Numbered from the stretch's first letter, positions 26,379 through 38,521 are shown. The stretch is 64,000 bases of DNA from Diadema antillarum (GCF_040938485.1 NW_027270978.1:310001-374000), one strand, 5' to 3'. Numbers and translations are program-made. The notes: generated from the letters alone by a model not told the origin.

Positions 26379-27348
26379 ATGTCGTATCTGTTCTCTTTGT
26401 TGGTGGTTGCTGCCATTTTGCATGGCGAAGTTTTTGCAGCCTTTAACGTTAATGCGGCAGAGTTTAGACAGAGTATAATTAGAAGTCAGAAGAGGAAAAT
26501 CTTGTCCGATAAACTTGTTTCTCATCGATACAGACGACAGGTTCAAAATACCAATCCTTCGTTTGACAGCACGATCTATGTACGAAGAGTTCCTGAAAAT
26601 GAGGATCCTGGGTATGTTGTGACAACGATGACGGCAACCGACAATGATCATGGCGACAACGGGCGGCTCACCTACAGCATGACGGCTCAATCGGATGCTC
26701 GGAGTGGAGCCATGTTTGACATCAATCCAGACACAGGTCTGATAGTGACAACAGTTGCTCTCGACAGAGAAACGATAGAGTCTCATACATTTCGTGTCAC
26801 TGCAACTGACCACGGCACACCACCAAAATCTGAAACCACCAACCTGACCATTCATGTGGACGATCGCAATGACCACAACCCCATATTTGAGCAGCCCATC
26901 CCTGTAAATATAACGAGTCAGGTTACAGATACAAGGAGTGACGCACCTATTTTCCAAAACTCGACTTACAGTGTGTCCGTCAGTGAATCTGTTCCCATTG
27001 GTCATGTTATTGTTCAAGTTTCAGTCTCTGGTGGTGATGCAGGATCCAATGCTGAAATAAGCTTCAGCATGGATGATGTACCGGAGTTTGAAATCAATGA
27101 ACATTCAGGAGAAGTACACACCCGTTTGCAGCTGGACCGTGAAACAGTGTCTCAATATGTATTAACTGTAACTGCCACTTACCATGGAGATATCCCCCAG
27201 CAGTCCAGCGCAAGCCTTCAAATTTCCATTGAAGATATCAATGATAATCCACCTATCTTTCCTACATCGCATTATGAAGGAGAAATTGAAGAGAACTGCC
27301 CTCTTTACTCCTCTGTGCTGACAATAACTGCTTTGGATGCTGATGCAG
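26379..27348 (+). CDS. CELSR-like copy C, exon 1 (miniaturised, same architecture as B)
   Basis: ORF 26352..27371; signal-like MSYLFSLLVVAAILHGEVFA, RYRR|QVQN, EC1 and EC6. The donor at the homologous position is GCAG|gcaaat (GC, non-canonical). Confidence 0.8.
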
Positions 27349-27734
27349 GCAAATTTCTGTTGTTTGTATAAGATTTTTACAATAATTTGGATTTTGACCC
27401 AGAAGATTGATTCCCATCGCTTTAAAGGCAGCTTTGTCGTATTTCTTGTTTGTTTGTTTGTTTGTTATTGTTTTTTCAAAAAAGAAAAAGTTCTCTTTTT
27501 TATGTACAGGTATGGAGTGGGGAAGACACATCATAGATAAAATAATGATACCAAACTTTTTATTTGGCAATAAAAATGACCCATTTTTCAATGCCGTGAT
27601 ATTGGCATGCACATACAACATACAGACTGAAATAAAAAGGAAGCTAGTCATATGTGGATTTACTTAACATGAAACAATACTCCAGTATCTTTTTCAGATG
27701 TAATTCTCTACAAATATATATACTCTGCAGTGAA

Positions 27735-27738
27735 TATA

Positions 27739-27788
<50 letters not shown>
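27735..27788. repeat. (TA)n microsatellite
   Basis: Direct reading. Confidence 0.9.
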
Positions 27789-27793
<5 letters not shown>

Positions 27794-28067
27794 CTGAAAT
27801 TGTTTAGGAGTGCTTCAAAAAGCTAAAAGATGCACTTTACTCCTGGTGTCCACCCTACTTTTAGTGACACAATTCATGATACACTGAGGAGTTGGATTAA
27901 TGCTTTACAGATGAGATTGAAGATCAAATATAGCTTTGAAGAATTCTGTGCATAATGACAGCACACAAGAGAGTACCCCAAACAGTAGAAATTTAACAGT
28001 GCTGCTGAACACTGAAAATTTTGAATGTGCGTGTGTGTGTTCATAGCAATGCATGAAGATGCTACTA

Positions 28068-29183
28068 CAGTACGTATCAAAATAAACGCAACAAGATTTG
28101 ATTTAAAAATTGTGAAGATTGTGTTTACACCAAAGTGAGTAGCAACATCTTAAAACCACATATCTCCTCTTTCCAATGATATCTTATTCATTCGTACACG
28201 GTCATGGATGGCTGAGTAATCATTCTTTTTGGACAAAGAGTCAAATTGGACTTGGGACCAAGTTTAGGCACTGCAAGAATCAGTGCACCTTATTAGAAAT
28301 TAACTAAACAAACGGAATAATGAAATTAATTTTAATGACATTAATGATCACAATTAATGAAATTAATGAAATTAATGATCGAAACTTACCATTGTCTTCT
28401 TTCGGATACTAGTATCTCTTTTTAACATTACATCCCATGCCCCTCAACATGGCCACCATTTCTTTCCACACAAAGATTAGCTCTTTTCTCCATCTCACGC
28501 ACAGCCCTGGGAATCATTTGGGCTTGGTGGCGTAGAGCTTCAAACTCATCAGTGATTCTTTGTCTCAGAGTTGCAATGTCAGGTGGAGGGGTAATGAACA
28601 CTTTGCTCTTGAGATAACCCAAAAGAAAAAAGTCACAAGTAAGATCCGGAGATCGTGGTGGCCACTCCACATCATGATACAAGGCAATCACCCGATTTCC
28701 AAATACCTCAGCCAATCTGTTTCTTACTGCAACTAGTCGATCGGCTGGTGCGCCATCCTGTGCCCGCCATATAGGCATCTGAACACACTCCTTTGTTGCA
28801 CAGGAAAATTTTCCATTAATTCAGGTATCACATTTCATTTAAAATTTGTAAGTATCCATTTCCGTTCATGTTGTTTTCAAAGAAGAAGGGCCCTAGGAGC
28901 AAACCGTTCCACAAAATCCAGAACAGACATTCAGCTTTTCTCTACGAAAATCGACGTCATAGTTGAATGCAGAAACTGAAACTTGGTCCCAAGTCCAATT
29001 TGACCCACTGTCCAAAAAGAATGATTACTCAGCCATCCATGACCGAGTAAGAATAAATAAGATATCATTGGAAAGAGGAGATATGTGGCTTTAAGATGTT
29101 GCTACTCGCTTTGTTGTAAAGTTAACACAATCTTCACAAATTTGAAATTAAATCTTGTTGCGTTTTTTTTTAAATACGCACTG
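28068..29183 (-). mobile_element. Internally deleted Tc1/mariner element (DD41D/rosa-like, about 200-bp TIRs) in intron 1 of copy C
   Basis: TA|CAGT...ACTG|TA ends; long TIRs 28068-~28265 and ~28979-29183; transposase remnant QDGAPA..WPPRSPDLT-CDFFLLGYLK in ORF 28428..28778. Confidence 0.9.
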
Positions 29184-29484
29184 TATATGTTGTTACCTAG
29201 TATACACAATGCACTGAATGCTTCACCTTATGCTCATTTAATGACCGTGCACTATTCTATATAGGCCTACCTGCAAAAACTGAAGACTTCTGTTTTAGTT
29301 TAATGACATATTCATCTCTTGACTGTCCATGATATTACAAGGAAATGATTATTATAAGAACTACAGGTAATATAGAACTCAGTTTTGGGTAAAAAGAAGA
29401 GAAATCTGTAATAATGATGGATTTTTATTCAATCTAAAGCAGTTCTAGTCTCTTCTCTTATTACTATTTTTTTTTTTTTTGCAG

Positions 29485-30250
29485 GATCAAATGGTGAAGT
29501 AAGGTATACTTTTGAAGGAGGCTCTGATGCAGATGGGCGGTTCATCATAGATGAGATGTCGGGCACTGTTCGTGTCGCCTTATTGCTGGACCGCGAGTCA
29601 GGGGCTGAGTATGAGTTGGTGGCATATGCTTATGACCAAGGTATTCCTTCATTGAGAACGGCAGTGCAAATCACTGTGGAAATCCTCGACGTCAATGACA
29701 ATCCACCATCATTTACCCGGAAGGAGTACTTCTTCACAGTCAAGGAGAATCGTGTTCCAGGGGAATGGGTGGGTGAAGTGACTGCCCTTGATCCGGATTC
29801 CCTAGATAATGGCCATATCAGGTACACCATCTTGGATGAAGATCTTTTCCCTTTTGAGGTACATTATGCGTCCGGGATGATCACTACACTGGATATACTT
29901 GACTATGAATCTCGCAGAGAGTATGAGCTTGTCATTCGCGCTATCAATGTACCATATTTTGCTGATGTGATCGTTCACATCGGTGTGACGGATTACAATG
30001 ATAATATGCCTATTCTGTATGACTTTATGATTTTTTTTGAATAGCTATGAAGGTATCTTTTATGAAGGTGATGTCGGAAAGGTGCCTGCAACAGATCCTG
30101 ACATTTCAGATGTGCTGTGGTACTCTATTATACGCGGAAACGACAACTATCATCTAATCTTGAATGAATCGACAGGTGGAATAAGGCTTAACCCGTATCT
30201 CCGCAGACGACTCCTACCTCAGACTATTGAATTCATAGTACAAGCATCTG
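29485..30250 (+). CDS. CELSR-like copy C, exon 2 (EC7-EC9), interrupted by a +1 T at 30031-30038
   Basis: Acceptor gcag|GA, donor TCTG|gtgagg. 766 nt versus 765 nt in A exon 2. ORFs 29556..30044 and 30037..30267 join if one T is removed. Confidence 0.85.
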
Positions 30251-30628
30251 GTGAGGACTATCTTTAAACTGACTTTTTTGTGTTACTGAAAGTCTATGTT
30301 TAGCTGATCACTATATTCCAGATTTTCTCTAAACAGGGCACTTCTATGATATGATAATTGCATGATATATATCCATTAGATTCATACTGACAACCAATGT
30401 AGAAAAAAATAAAGCTCACATATGTTTTTCTTTGAAAACAAGATTTTGCCCATGGTTCTGTCTTAGTTCATACAATACCATTATGCAGATGTGCTATTTA
30501 ACTTCCACTACTGAATCAGAGAATGCAGAAAATATTGGAAAAACTTCAGTAACACCAATAGGCTTTGACGCTCTTTTACAGTATTGAAAATGTTATCTCC
30601 ATTTCATCTTTTCTTCGTTCATTTATAG

Positions 30629-31249
30629 ACGGATTAAATGTAGTGGCAGCACTTGGCAAGTTCCACGTGTTCATAGTGACTGCTGACATGCTTGCCAACA
30701 GTGTGACGGTTCGCATGGAGGGCATTCACTCCAGCGAGTTCCTGTCCTCAAAGTTGGTCCGCTTCACGGAAACCATGGAGAGGATCATCCCCACACACCG
30801 GGACTTCATCCACATCTTCAGCATCCAGACAGAAGGTCCCGGACTCCTGAGCATCACCTTTGCGGCGCAGCGCCCCGACGGCACTTTCTTCACCTCTCAG
30901 CACCTCCAAGAAAGGATATACGTCAAACGAAGCCAGCTCTCCTCGGCGCTTGGTGCCACCGTTCTGCCGTTCAGTGACGACCTCTGTCTGCAGGAGATAT
31001 GCAGTGGCTTCCACCAGTGCGTGGCAACGGTCAGCTCCTGGACTCCAGGTGAGGTCATTGCCACTGCAACGGTGATCTTCCACTCCGTCCATCCCGAGAT
31101 CCACTACAGCTGTGTCTGTCCTCCAGGGTATACAGGAAACTACTGCCTCACAGAGGTTAACTTCTGCTACTCGAGCCCTTGCGCCAATGGAGGTACCTGT
31201 GTCCAGAAAGAGCAGGGGTACACTTGCTTGTGCCAAGATGGATTTACAG
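30629..31249 (+). CDS. CELSR-like copy C, exon 3 (membrane-adjacent/Flamingo-box region, EGF1, EGF2)
   Basis: DGLNVVAA..DMLANSVTVRM..DDLCLQEIC..CPPGYTGNYC..CYSSPCANGGTC; tag|AC acceptor, ACAG|gtaggc donor; 621 nt. Confidence 0.9.
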
Positions 31250-31633
31250 GTAGGCTACAGAATATATGCATACTAAAAATGTGTGCCATTCATTAGGAAG
31301 TCTTTTATTGTGTGTGTGTGTGGAGGGTGAGGGGGTTGGAAGTGGGAAGCGAAGATGAGAGAATAGAAAAATTTGAATGGAAAATTAAAAAGAAATGTAT
31401 TGTAAAGCATTACATTTTCAAGACCATGATTCAGGCCTCTTTCTGGAGAGTTCTTTATTATGTCCCATGAGGTACATAATTATAATGTACAAACATTGAC
31501 CATTGTTGAAGTTTTGCAATGTCTACGAGGTGTCTAAAATGGAATTTGATTTATAGATGTCTTCACATACTTGAGTATGTATTTCAGTCACTGAAGATTT
31601 TCCAAGGATAAAGGCACTCGATGGGATCCAAAC

Positions 31634-32010
31634 CAGGGCTGGCGGAGCGTTTTCAAAAGGTGGGGGCCACTTCCGGGTTTCATGAGCTAACAAAAAAAAA
31701 AAAAAGCCTTCAGCGCAACTTCTGGTGGCACTTCTAGGTTTCTTCGGCTGAGAAGCCACAACAACAACAGCAACAACAACAACAACAAAAAAAAAGGTCT
31801 TCAACCCCCCTCCCCCCCAAAAAAAATAACCTTACTGCGCTCACACTTCAAGGTCTATATTTATTTTTTGAGTGCCACTTATGCACTTCCGGGGTAAAAA
31901 AAGTGGGGGTGGGGGAGGGCCCAAAGTGGTGACACCTTATGTATTCCTTTGTATGGTGCAAAGGGGCCTAAGCGCCCCCCCCCCCGGCATCCCCGGTTTC
32001 GCCGGCCATG
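31634..32010. mobile_element. MITE-like dispersed repeat
   Basis: cagggctggcggagcg ... ggtttcgccggccatg imperfect inverted termini, poly-G/C internal tracts. Confidence 0.55.
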
Positions 32011-33949
32011 CAAACTTGGGACCTGTAATTGAAAAGTCAGGAGTCTCATCAACTATGCTGCAGTGCCCCCACAAAATTTATTCACAAATATTAGATGGAC
32101 TCCTCATATATTGTGTTATCACAAACACACTCGCACACACGCACACATTTCTAAAATTTGCCTTTGCCATCTGTAACAAATGGTACATTTCATATGATAA
32201 TGGTGGATGATTATTTTTTTGTTGCAAGTGAGTAATGGGAGTGAGTATATTATGTTGTAGATTTTGATCTCATTTGGTAGATTCAACTGAGTTACCATAC
32301 ATCTAGTAACATGCTAACTGATTTCAGACTCATTGATGAGGATGCAATTGTATCTCTGATGCTGTGAATCAGGCAAAGTATATCAAGTGAAGTATCCAAA
32401 CAGCAATATATCAGATTCATATCAACTATTTCCAGAGACCTACTCTTGACTGAATTGAGAGGTCTGCTGGTGTTGCTCAGCTTCAGTCAATGGATACTGC
32501 AAAGATTTGATGGTACAGAGACGTGATTATGTTACATATGGGTCAGTTAAACAGAAGCTGCAATATGAACAAATCAAATTTCTGTTTTCTGTTTCTTGAA
32601 GTGGCACATCTTATTTGTTCTAAGTCTCTCTTATAACTACTCATCACTTGGACTGCTGGTAGCAGCTCCTCTTGAAAATCACTCCACCGCCTACACCTGC
32701 CTTGGTGTACGTGCGCTTGTGTGAGTGCGTGGAAATGTTCGTGTTTCTCCATCTGGTTTTTATCACTCTTGTATTATGCTACCCTGCAAATTAATCTTAG
32801 ATATAAAAACAACATTACAAATTCTGTTTGAACCCATGCCAAATGTTAAAATTCACTGTTTCCTTCAGAGAGCAGAGTTTGAAACCTCTAGGGTTCTTCA
32901 GGGTTTAACAGCTCTTCACTGCACTGAAAATGTGAGGGTAGGATGATATTTTGACCGATTTACCGGTACTATAGAGTGCCACCTTGAATCGAGAAGGTCA
33001 GAATGAAGTGGCATCTTTTGTGAAGTTGATCTTATTTCAGTGAGCTTGCAAGTTTTCCTGTGCAAATGATGATATCTGGGACCAGTTGAGATTATGAGAG
33101 TGCACTGTACACCATAGTGAAATGATTATGCTTATGTGTGTTTATTTCTTGTCACACTTTATGCTTATCTTTTTCATCTGCCTTTTGCCATATATTAGTT
33201 TGGTTCCCTTTAACATCCCTGAATTGTTTTTGTATGTACTGATTCTATTCTTATGTGCTGACAACAACAGTGTCCTGTGTACAACAAGTGTGTTCAGGAT
33301 CTTGAAGGAATTCAAACTAAGTTTCCCCATAATTAGTGACATTTTGATGATGTGATTTTGTGATGATGGAATTTTGTCACATATCATCTTGCTATCTCGA
33401 ATCAGCTCCTCAGAATTTCATTACATATGTGATATATCTGGATTCAGTGTATATGTAGAGAAACTGAGATTATATGGAACTGATTCATTCATTAAGTTTG
33501 CACAAGATCAAAAAGACATCTATACCAAAATGTGCCAATTTGAGATAGAAAAAGGAACTGCAACAATGTGTTGCTGATTTAAAGGACACGTAGGAACTTC
33601 ATTGTCTTCTGAAATATATCGACTTGTTAAGAATTAGCTGCAAATCAAGCATGTAGGGTCTTTTGAAAAATCTGCATAAATTCATCATGAATAAAAAAAA
33701 AACCAACAACAACTTTGTTCTTCTAAAGGTTTCATTAATCCAAAACAAAGTAAGGTTCGTAATTCTGAATGTCTGTTAGTACGCACCTTTTTAAAATTTT
33801 CAGATTAATAAACCTTCAAAATATCAAACTTTTGAAATAATGAATCTGTTTTCATTTTTGGATTAACCAATCTTTGGAATTATCAACACCATACCAAGTA
33901 TTAGCCCTCAATTTGTTATGACTTTGTTGTTGTTGTTGAAATGATTCAG

Positions 33950-34121
33950 GTGTAAACTGTGAGACAGAAAACTACTTTGGTGGAGAGTTTGATTGGATCT
34001 GCCATGACCTTGACCTCTCTGATGGACCCTACTGCAAGATGAGAACACGGAGCTTCATGGGGGATTCACTTATGATGTTCCCCTCCCTAACTCAGAGAGT
34101 GAGGTTCCAACTGTCCGTAAG
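33950..34121 (+). CDS. CELSR-like copy C, exon 4 (shortened EGF3, start of LamG1)
   Basis: GVNCETENYFGGEFDWICHDLDLSDGPYCKMRTRSFMGDSLMMFPSLTQRVRFQLSV; cag|GT acceptor, AG|gttaga donor; phase 1 to 2. Confidence 0.8.
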
Positions 34122-34526
34122 GTTAGAATTGGATTGCCTTTTCCATGAGTATTTCAGTTTTCATACAATTAGATATCTTGTGTGTATGTACCACACAATG
34201 ATAGCATAGAACTCTGTGTGCACATAATCATAAGTGGTGGTAAAAGTAGGGAAGATAGTTTTTTATGGAGCAATTGCACAGCACACCACACATCCCCCCA
34301 AATTACGACGATACAAGTCATTGATGGACTTTACTGGAAAGGAAGATGAAGAAGGAGAAGAGAGGTTGTTAAGTTAAACATATTCATATGCACACATGTA
34401 TTCATGTGTGTGCATATATATCTTATATAAAGGGTTGGTGAATGTTAGTGAAGGGGGAAAGAAGTCAGAGTTCACTTTCTGCGGTCTGAAACTGAATCAT
34501 AGTGAGTGATTCATTCTCCTGTTAAG

Positions 34527-34731
34527 CTTTGCCACCCGCAAGCCGAGTGGAATGATCTTCTATAATGGATGCTACAACCAGCAGCATGACTTCATCGCCC
34601 TTGAGATCGTCGACGATCAGGTGCAGTTCTCCTTCTCGACAGGAAGTGATGTCACCACGGTAACGGCCAGCAGAGTGGGAGGAGTCAGTGACGAGCAGTG
34701 GCACACGGTTGTCATCGAATACTATTTGATG
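34527..34731 (+). CDS. CELSR-like copy C, exon 5 (LamG1)
   Basis: SFATRKPSGMIFYNGCYNQQHDFIALEIVDDQVQFSFSTG..GGVSDEQWHTV; phase 2 to 0. Confidence 0.88.
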
Positions 34732-35037
34732 GTAGGTACCATGGTACTATTTGATGGTTGGTGTGTTCAGTCAATTTTTATATGTGCAACAATTTAATCG
34801 TGAATTGCGTCCTCGGTGATTCCTGTCACCCGTGTACTTTCTGTTTAGTCCACAGTTGAAGAATTTTCCTTCCCTTAGAATACTACCCTACCACAATGAC
34901 TACATTATATTTGTAGTAAATTTTTTTTTTGTCACTATCGCAGAGATTGTGGAATTGAAATTCTACATTATGTTACATTTCTGGAATATATGTAATCTTT
35001 ATTAAGTGTGTATATTTATTGTTATTGATACTAACAG

Positions 35038-35147
35038 ACTGCTACCATTATTCTGGATGAATGCGACGCGGCCATTGCTCTCGCATATGACGGTGATCAC
35101 CCTGACTACAGCTGTGCTGCCTCAGCAACTGGGAGTGGGGAGTACAG
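35038..35147 (+). CDS. CELSR-like copy C, exon 6 (LamG1)
   Basis: TATIILDECDAAIALAYDGDHPDYSCAASATGSGEYR, matching the CELSR DxCD..NYSCAA motif; cag| acceptor, AG|gtaatg donor. Confidence 0.82.
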
Positions 35148-35274
35148 GTAATGGTGGTGGGGGGGGGGGGGGAGGTATGCATAAAATAATGTGCTACTTC
35201 TGATCTGACATCAACTGTGTTTGTTTGTTTGTTTGTTTGTTTGTTTGATTGTTTGTTCACTTCCATCTGAGAAG

Positions 35275-35597
35275 ATGGCTGGATAGCCCATATTCAGCTA
35301 TGCTAAACTGGTCTTCCATGGGGTCCAGTTGGATGTGAGGTGGGACCACTTCACTGGGTTAAACACCCTGCTCTTTGCGATGAATGAATAAAGCGGGATC
35401 TTTTACGTGCATGAGCTGTGACTCTCTCATACACGGTACCTCCGTTTTATGTCCTATCCGAGGGACAGAGTGTTTTGCCTCTTGCTAGAGGGGACGGTAT
35501 GTTTACACACAACATTGCTCAGTCCAGACTTGGGTTTGAACCCGGGTCCTTAGGATCGTGAGGCAGACGTGCTACCGACTGAACCAACTCACCGCCC
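35275..35597 (-). mobile_element. tRNA-derived SINE
   Basis: Reverse complement begins GGCGGTGAGTTGGTTCAGTCGG (A box) and contains GGTTCAAACCC (B box). The core resembles Nin/Deu-type SINE domains (recollection, not aligned). Confidence 0.7.
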
Positions 35598-36020
35598 TGC
35601 GTATGTGTCATGTTCTTTAAATGAAAATGACACATGTTCTCTAAATGACAGATTTCTGTCAATTTGCTACATTTTTGTCAGTAGCAAAGCATAGCCCAGT
35701 GTGTAGAATGTGTAGAGCAATTACTTCCACAAGGCAGACCGCAGTATGGGTATGCATAGGGTTAAATCTGAGATGTATTCATAACCTAATAAAGTAGGAT
35801 AAAAAATGGTAAAATGAGAAAGTATTTTTGTCTCATACTGATTCATAATGTGGCTTGCAAGGATGTATATTACAATTGACACTAAGCTCCACAGTTTAGA
35901 CCCTTGTAAAAGTAGTTTGCTTTTGGTTTGGGTTATTGTTTAATTTCAAACAAGAACAAACTTATACACAACATGACATACTTGGATACATATCCAAAGT
36001 GCAGTATCAGATACAGAGTA

Positions 36021-36678
36021 TACTGATAGTGAACATTTTAGCATTATTGTTTGCAGTGATGGTATTTGAATCGATGTGCATGAATAAAAGGTGAAATAAT
36101 AGCTTTACAAGAGTTGCTACACACTGTACATCTCAGTGTTATTTGAAATTTACTTCTTGTTTCATGAACCCCACTGTATACTTTGCCAAGTTTGACTATC
36201 TCATTTTACATTAATAACGTAATACCTATGTGCTTTTGAATACTGATAGTGAACATTTTAGCATTATTGTTTGCAGTGATGGTATTTGAATCGATGTGCA
36301 TGAATAAAAGGTGAAATAATAGCTTTACAAGAGTTGCTACACACTGTACATCTCAGTGTTATTTGAAATTTACTTCTTGTTTCATGAACCCCACTGTATA
36401 CTTTGCCAAGTTTGACTATCTCATTTTACATTAATAACGTAATACCTATGTGCTTTTGAATACTGATAGTGAACATTTTAGCATTATTGTTTGCAGTGAT
36501 GGTATTTGAATCGATGTGCATGAATAAAAGGTGAAATAATAGCTTTACAAGAGTTGCTACACACTGTACATCTCAGTGTTATTTGAAATTTACTTCTTGT
36601 TTCATGAACCCCACTGTATACTTTGCCAAGTTTGACTATCTCATTTTACATTAATAACGTAATACCTATGTGCTTTTG
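36021..36678. repeat. Three essentially identical 220-bp tandem copies
   Basis: tactgatagtgaacatttt starts at 36021, 36241 and 36461. Confidence 0.92.
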
Positions 36679-37205
36679 TGGTTTGAATTTGTTGATTTCA
36701 TTCAGAATTAGTCCCTGTTAATGTCAAGACGCCCTCATGCTCTTTTTAGAGAGTGATAAATTCTAATCAGGATGAAAACATTCTATATGTTTTCATTTTC
36801 ACTTAAGTCAATTAAATAGAGATAGGTGGTCAATTCATTTGTGATGTTAAACACAAAAAATTAGATTTCTACATGGTTATTCTTTTGAAAAACACCATTC
36901 AAATTCATTTTTCAAGTCTATTCATTTTATTTATCAGAAGAATGTAATCTAACAAAATGTTTGCATTTCATATACACATCAGAACATAGTGTAAATATAA
37001 CAAAGCATGTAACAAAAATACAAAAAGATGATACCAGATTGAGAAATACAATTCCCTTTCTTTCAAGGTTAATTGACTTAAGTAGTCCTCTAATATGATT
37101 GTTTGTCTTCATTGTCAAAAAAAATGAGAGATTTTTATTTTTTATTTCTTTATCCTTTTGTGTTTGCAGGGCACTAAAACATCTTTCAATTTATTCTATC
37201 TGTAG

Positions 37206-37501
37206 GTTGTTGGACCTGACTGGACCATTCTTTCTGGGCAATCTTCCAGACATCTCCAACTCCAGCCGAGCTCAGGGGGAGGATTTGGACTTTGACGGTT
37301 GCATCCGGGACGTCTACATCGACAACGAGCTCCTCGATCTCGCCACCAACGTGGAGGACGTGGGCACCCAACCCGGCTGCCCGCACAAGTCCGACTTCTG
37401 CGAGTCAGACCCCTGTCACACGGGAGCCACTTGTGAGAGCGGATGGGACCGCTACACCTGTCACTGTTCCTCCCAGAGTGGAGGGGTTAATTGCCAGGAA
37501 A
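37206..37501 (+). CDS. CELSR-like copy C, exon 7 (end of LamG1, EGF4)
   Basis: LDLTGPFFLGNLP..FDGCIRDVYIDNELLDL..GCPHKSDFCESDPCHTGATC..CQE; phase 2 to 1. Confidence 0.88.
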
Positions 37502-38521
37502 GTAGGTTCTGTCTGTCGGCAATTTCTCTTGTCCCTAACAATGCCTCTTTTTTGGTATTACACAATGATTAATGCTTTGCTCTCCAAAGTGTGACTTTTG
37601 ATGCATCCGCCTGATGCACCAAGTGTAGCTTGTGGCACAAATGCAAGTGCAGTGCATAAAGCCAGTAAAATACATAGGATGTGATACATCGTGCTTTCTT
37701 CTATACCCATCATTGCACAGAGTTCTGACACTTCTTGGAAGACAACAAAGATGAATTAAGTCACAACTGGTATAAACAATTTATCCTGGTCTGCACAGCT
37801 TATATTCAGTGTCTGTAAAATCAGTCGGATGGTGTGGAGTTTTGCTCACAGTGCATCAAATAAAAAATAATGAACAATGTCATGCCTGGATTGTAGGTGT
37901 ATTTCTGTGAGCTCACATTTGTCTGCAGGAAATCTCAAATAATGTCAGTAATTCTATTGATATCATTCTATCCATAAAGAAACAGGATCTTTAGTAGATA
38001 AATGTTTTTAAAAAAGATCTGATTGCAAGAACTTATCTCAAATATGATATGTAGAACATTCTTTGGAAAGATGCAGCATTAATTTATGCCATTTTTTCCA
38101 GAAGATTCCATTTGGTGGCAGTATTAGAGCATTTGTCAACTTTGACCTAAAACTACCACTGAGTGAAGCGATCTGGAGTGAAAGTGGTCAGCAGAATTAT
38201 TCTCATGTCATTGTCTTTGCATTTAATCATATTTTTCTCTTTATCTGTACAAAACAGGAAATGCAAACATATTGGTCATGAATTGCGTATATCACTGTGA
38301 CTAGAAATTTTAAACCTTTACATATATTTTTTTTTTGATACCATGTGCAGTCTTGTTTTTTCCTTCTTCTTTCCCACTCCTTATTCTACTTCCTTTATCC
38401 CTTCCTCTTTTCCTTCTTCATCTTTCTCATTTTCATCTGTCTTATATGAGTAAAAATATGTTATATATTGCAATTGTATGATCTTACGATGAGTAGTATT
38501 GTTTTTTTTTCCATGTTGAAG

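Noticed and set aside
25088-27017. ORFs 25088..25699 (+) and 26364..27017 (-), which resemble each other
   Set aside because: Their similarity follows from being antisense to the paralogous B and C exons.
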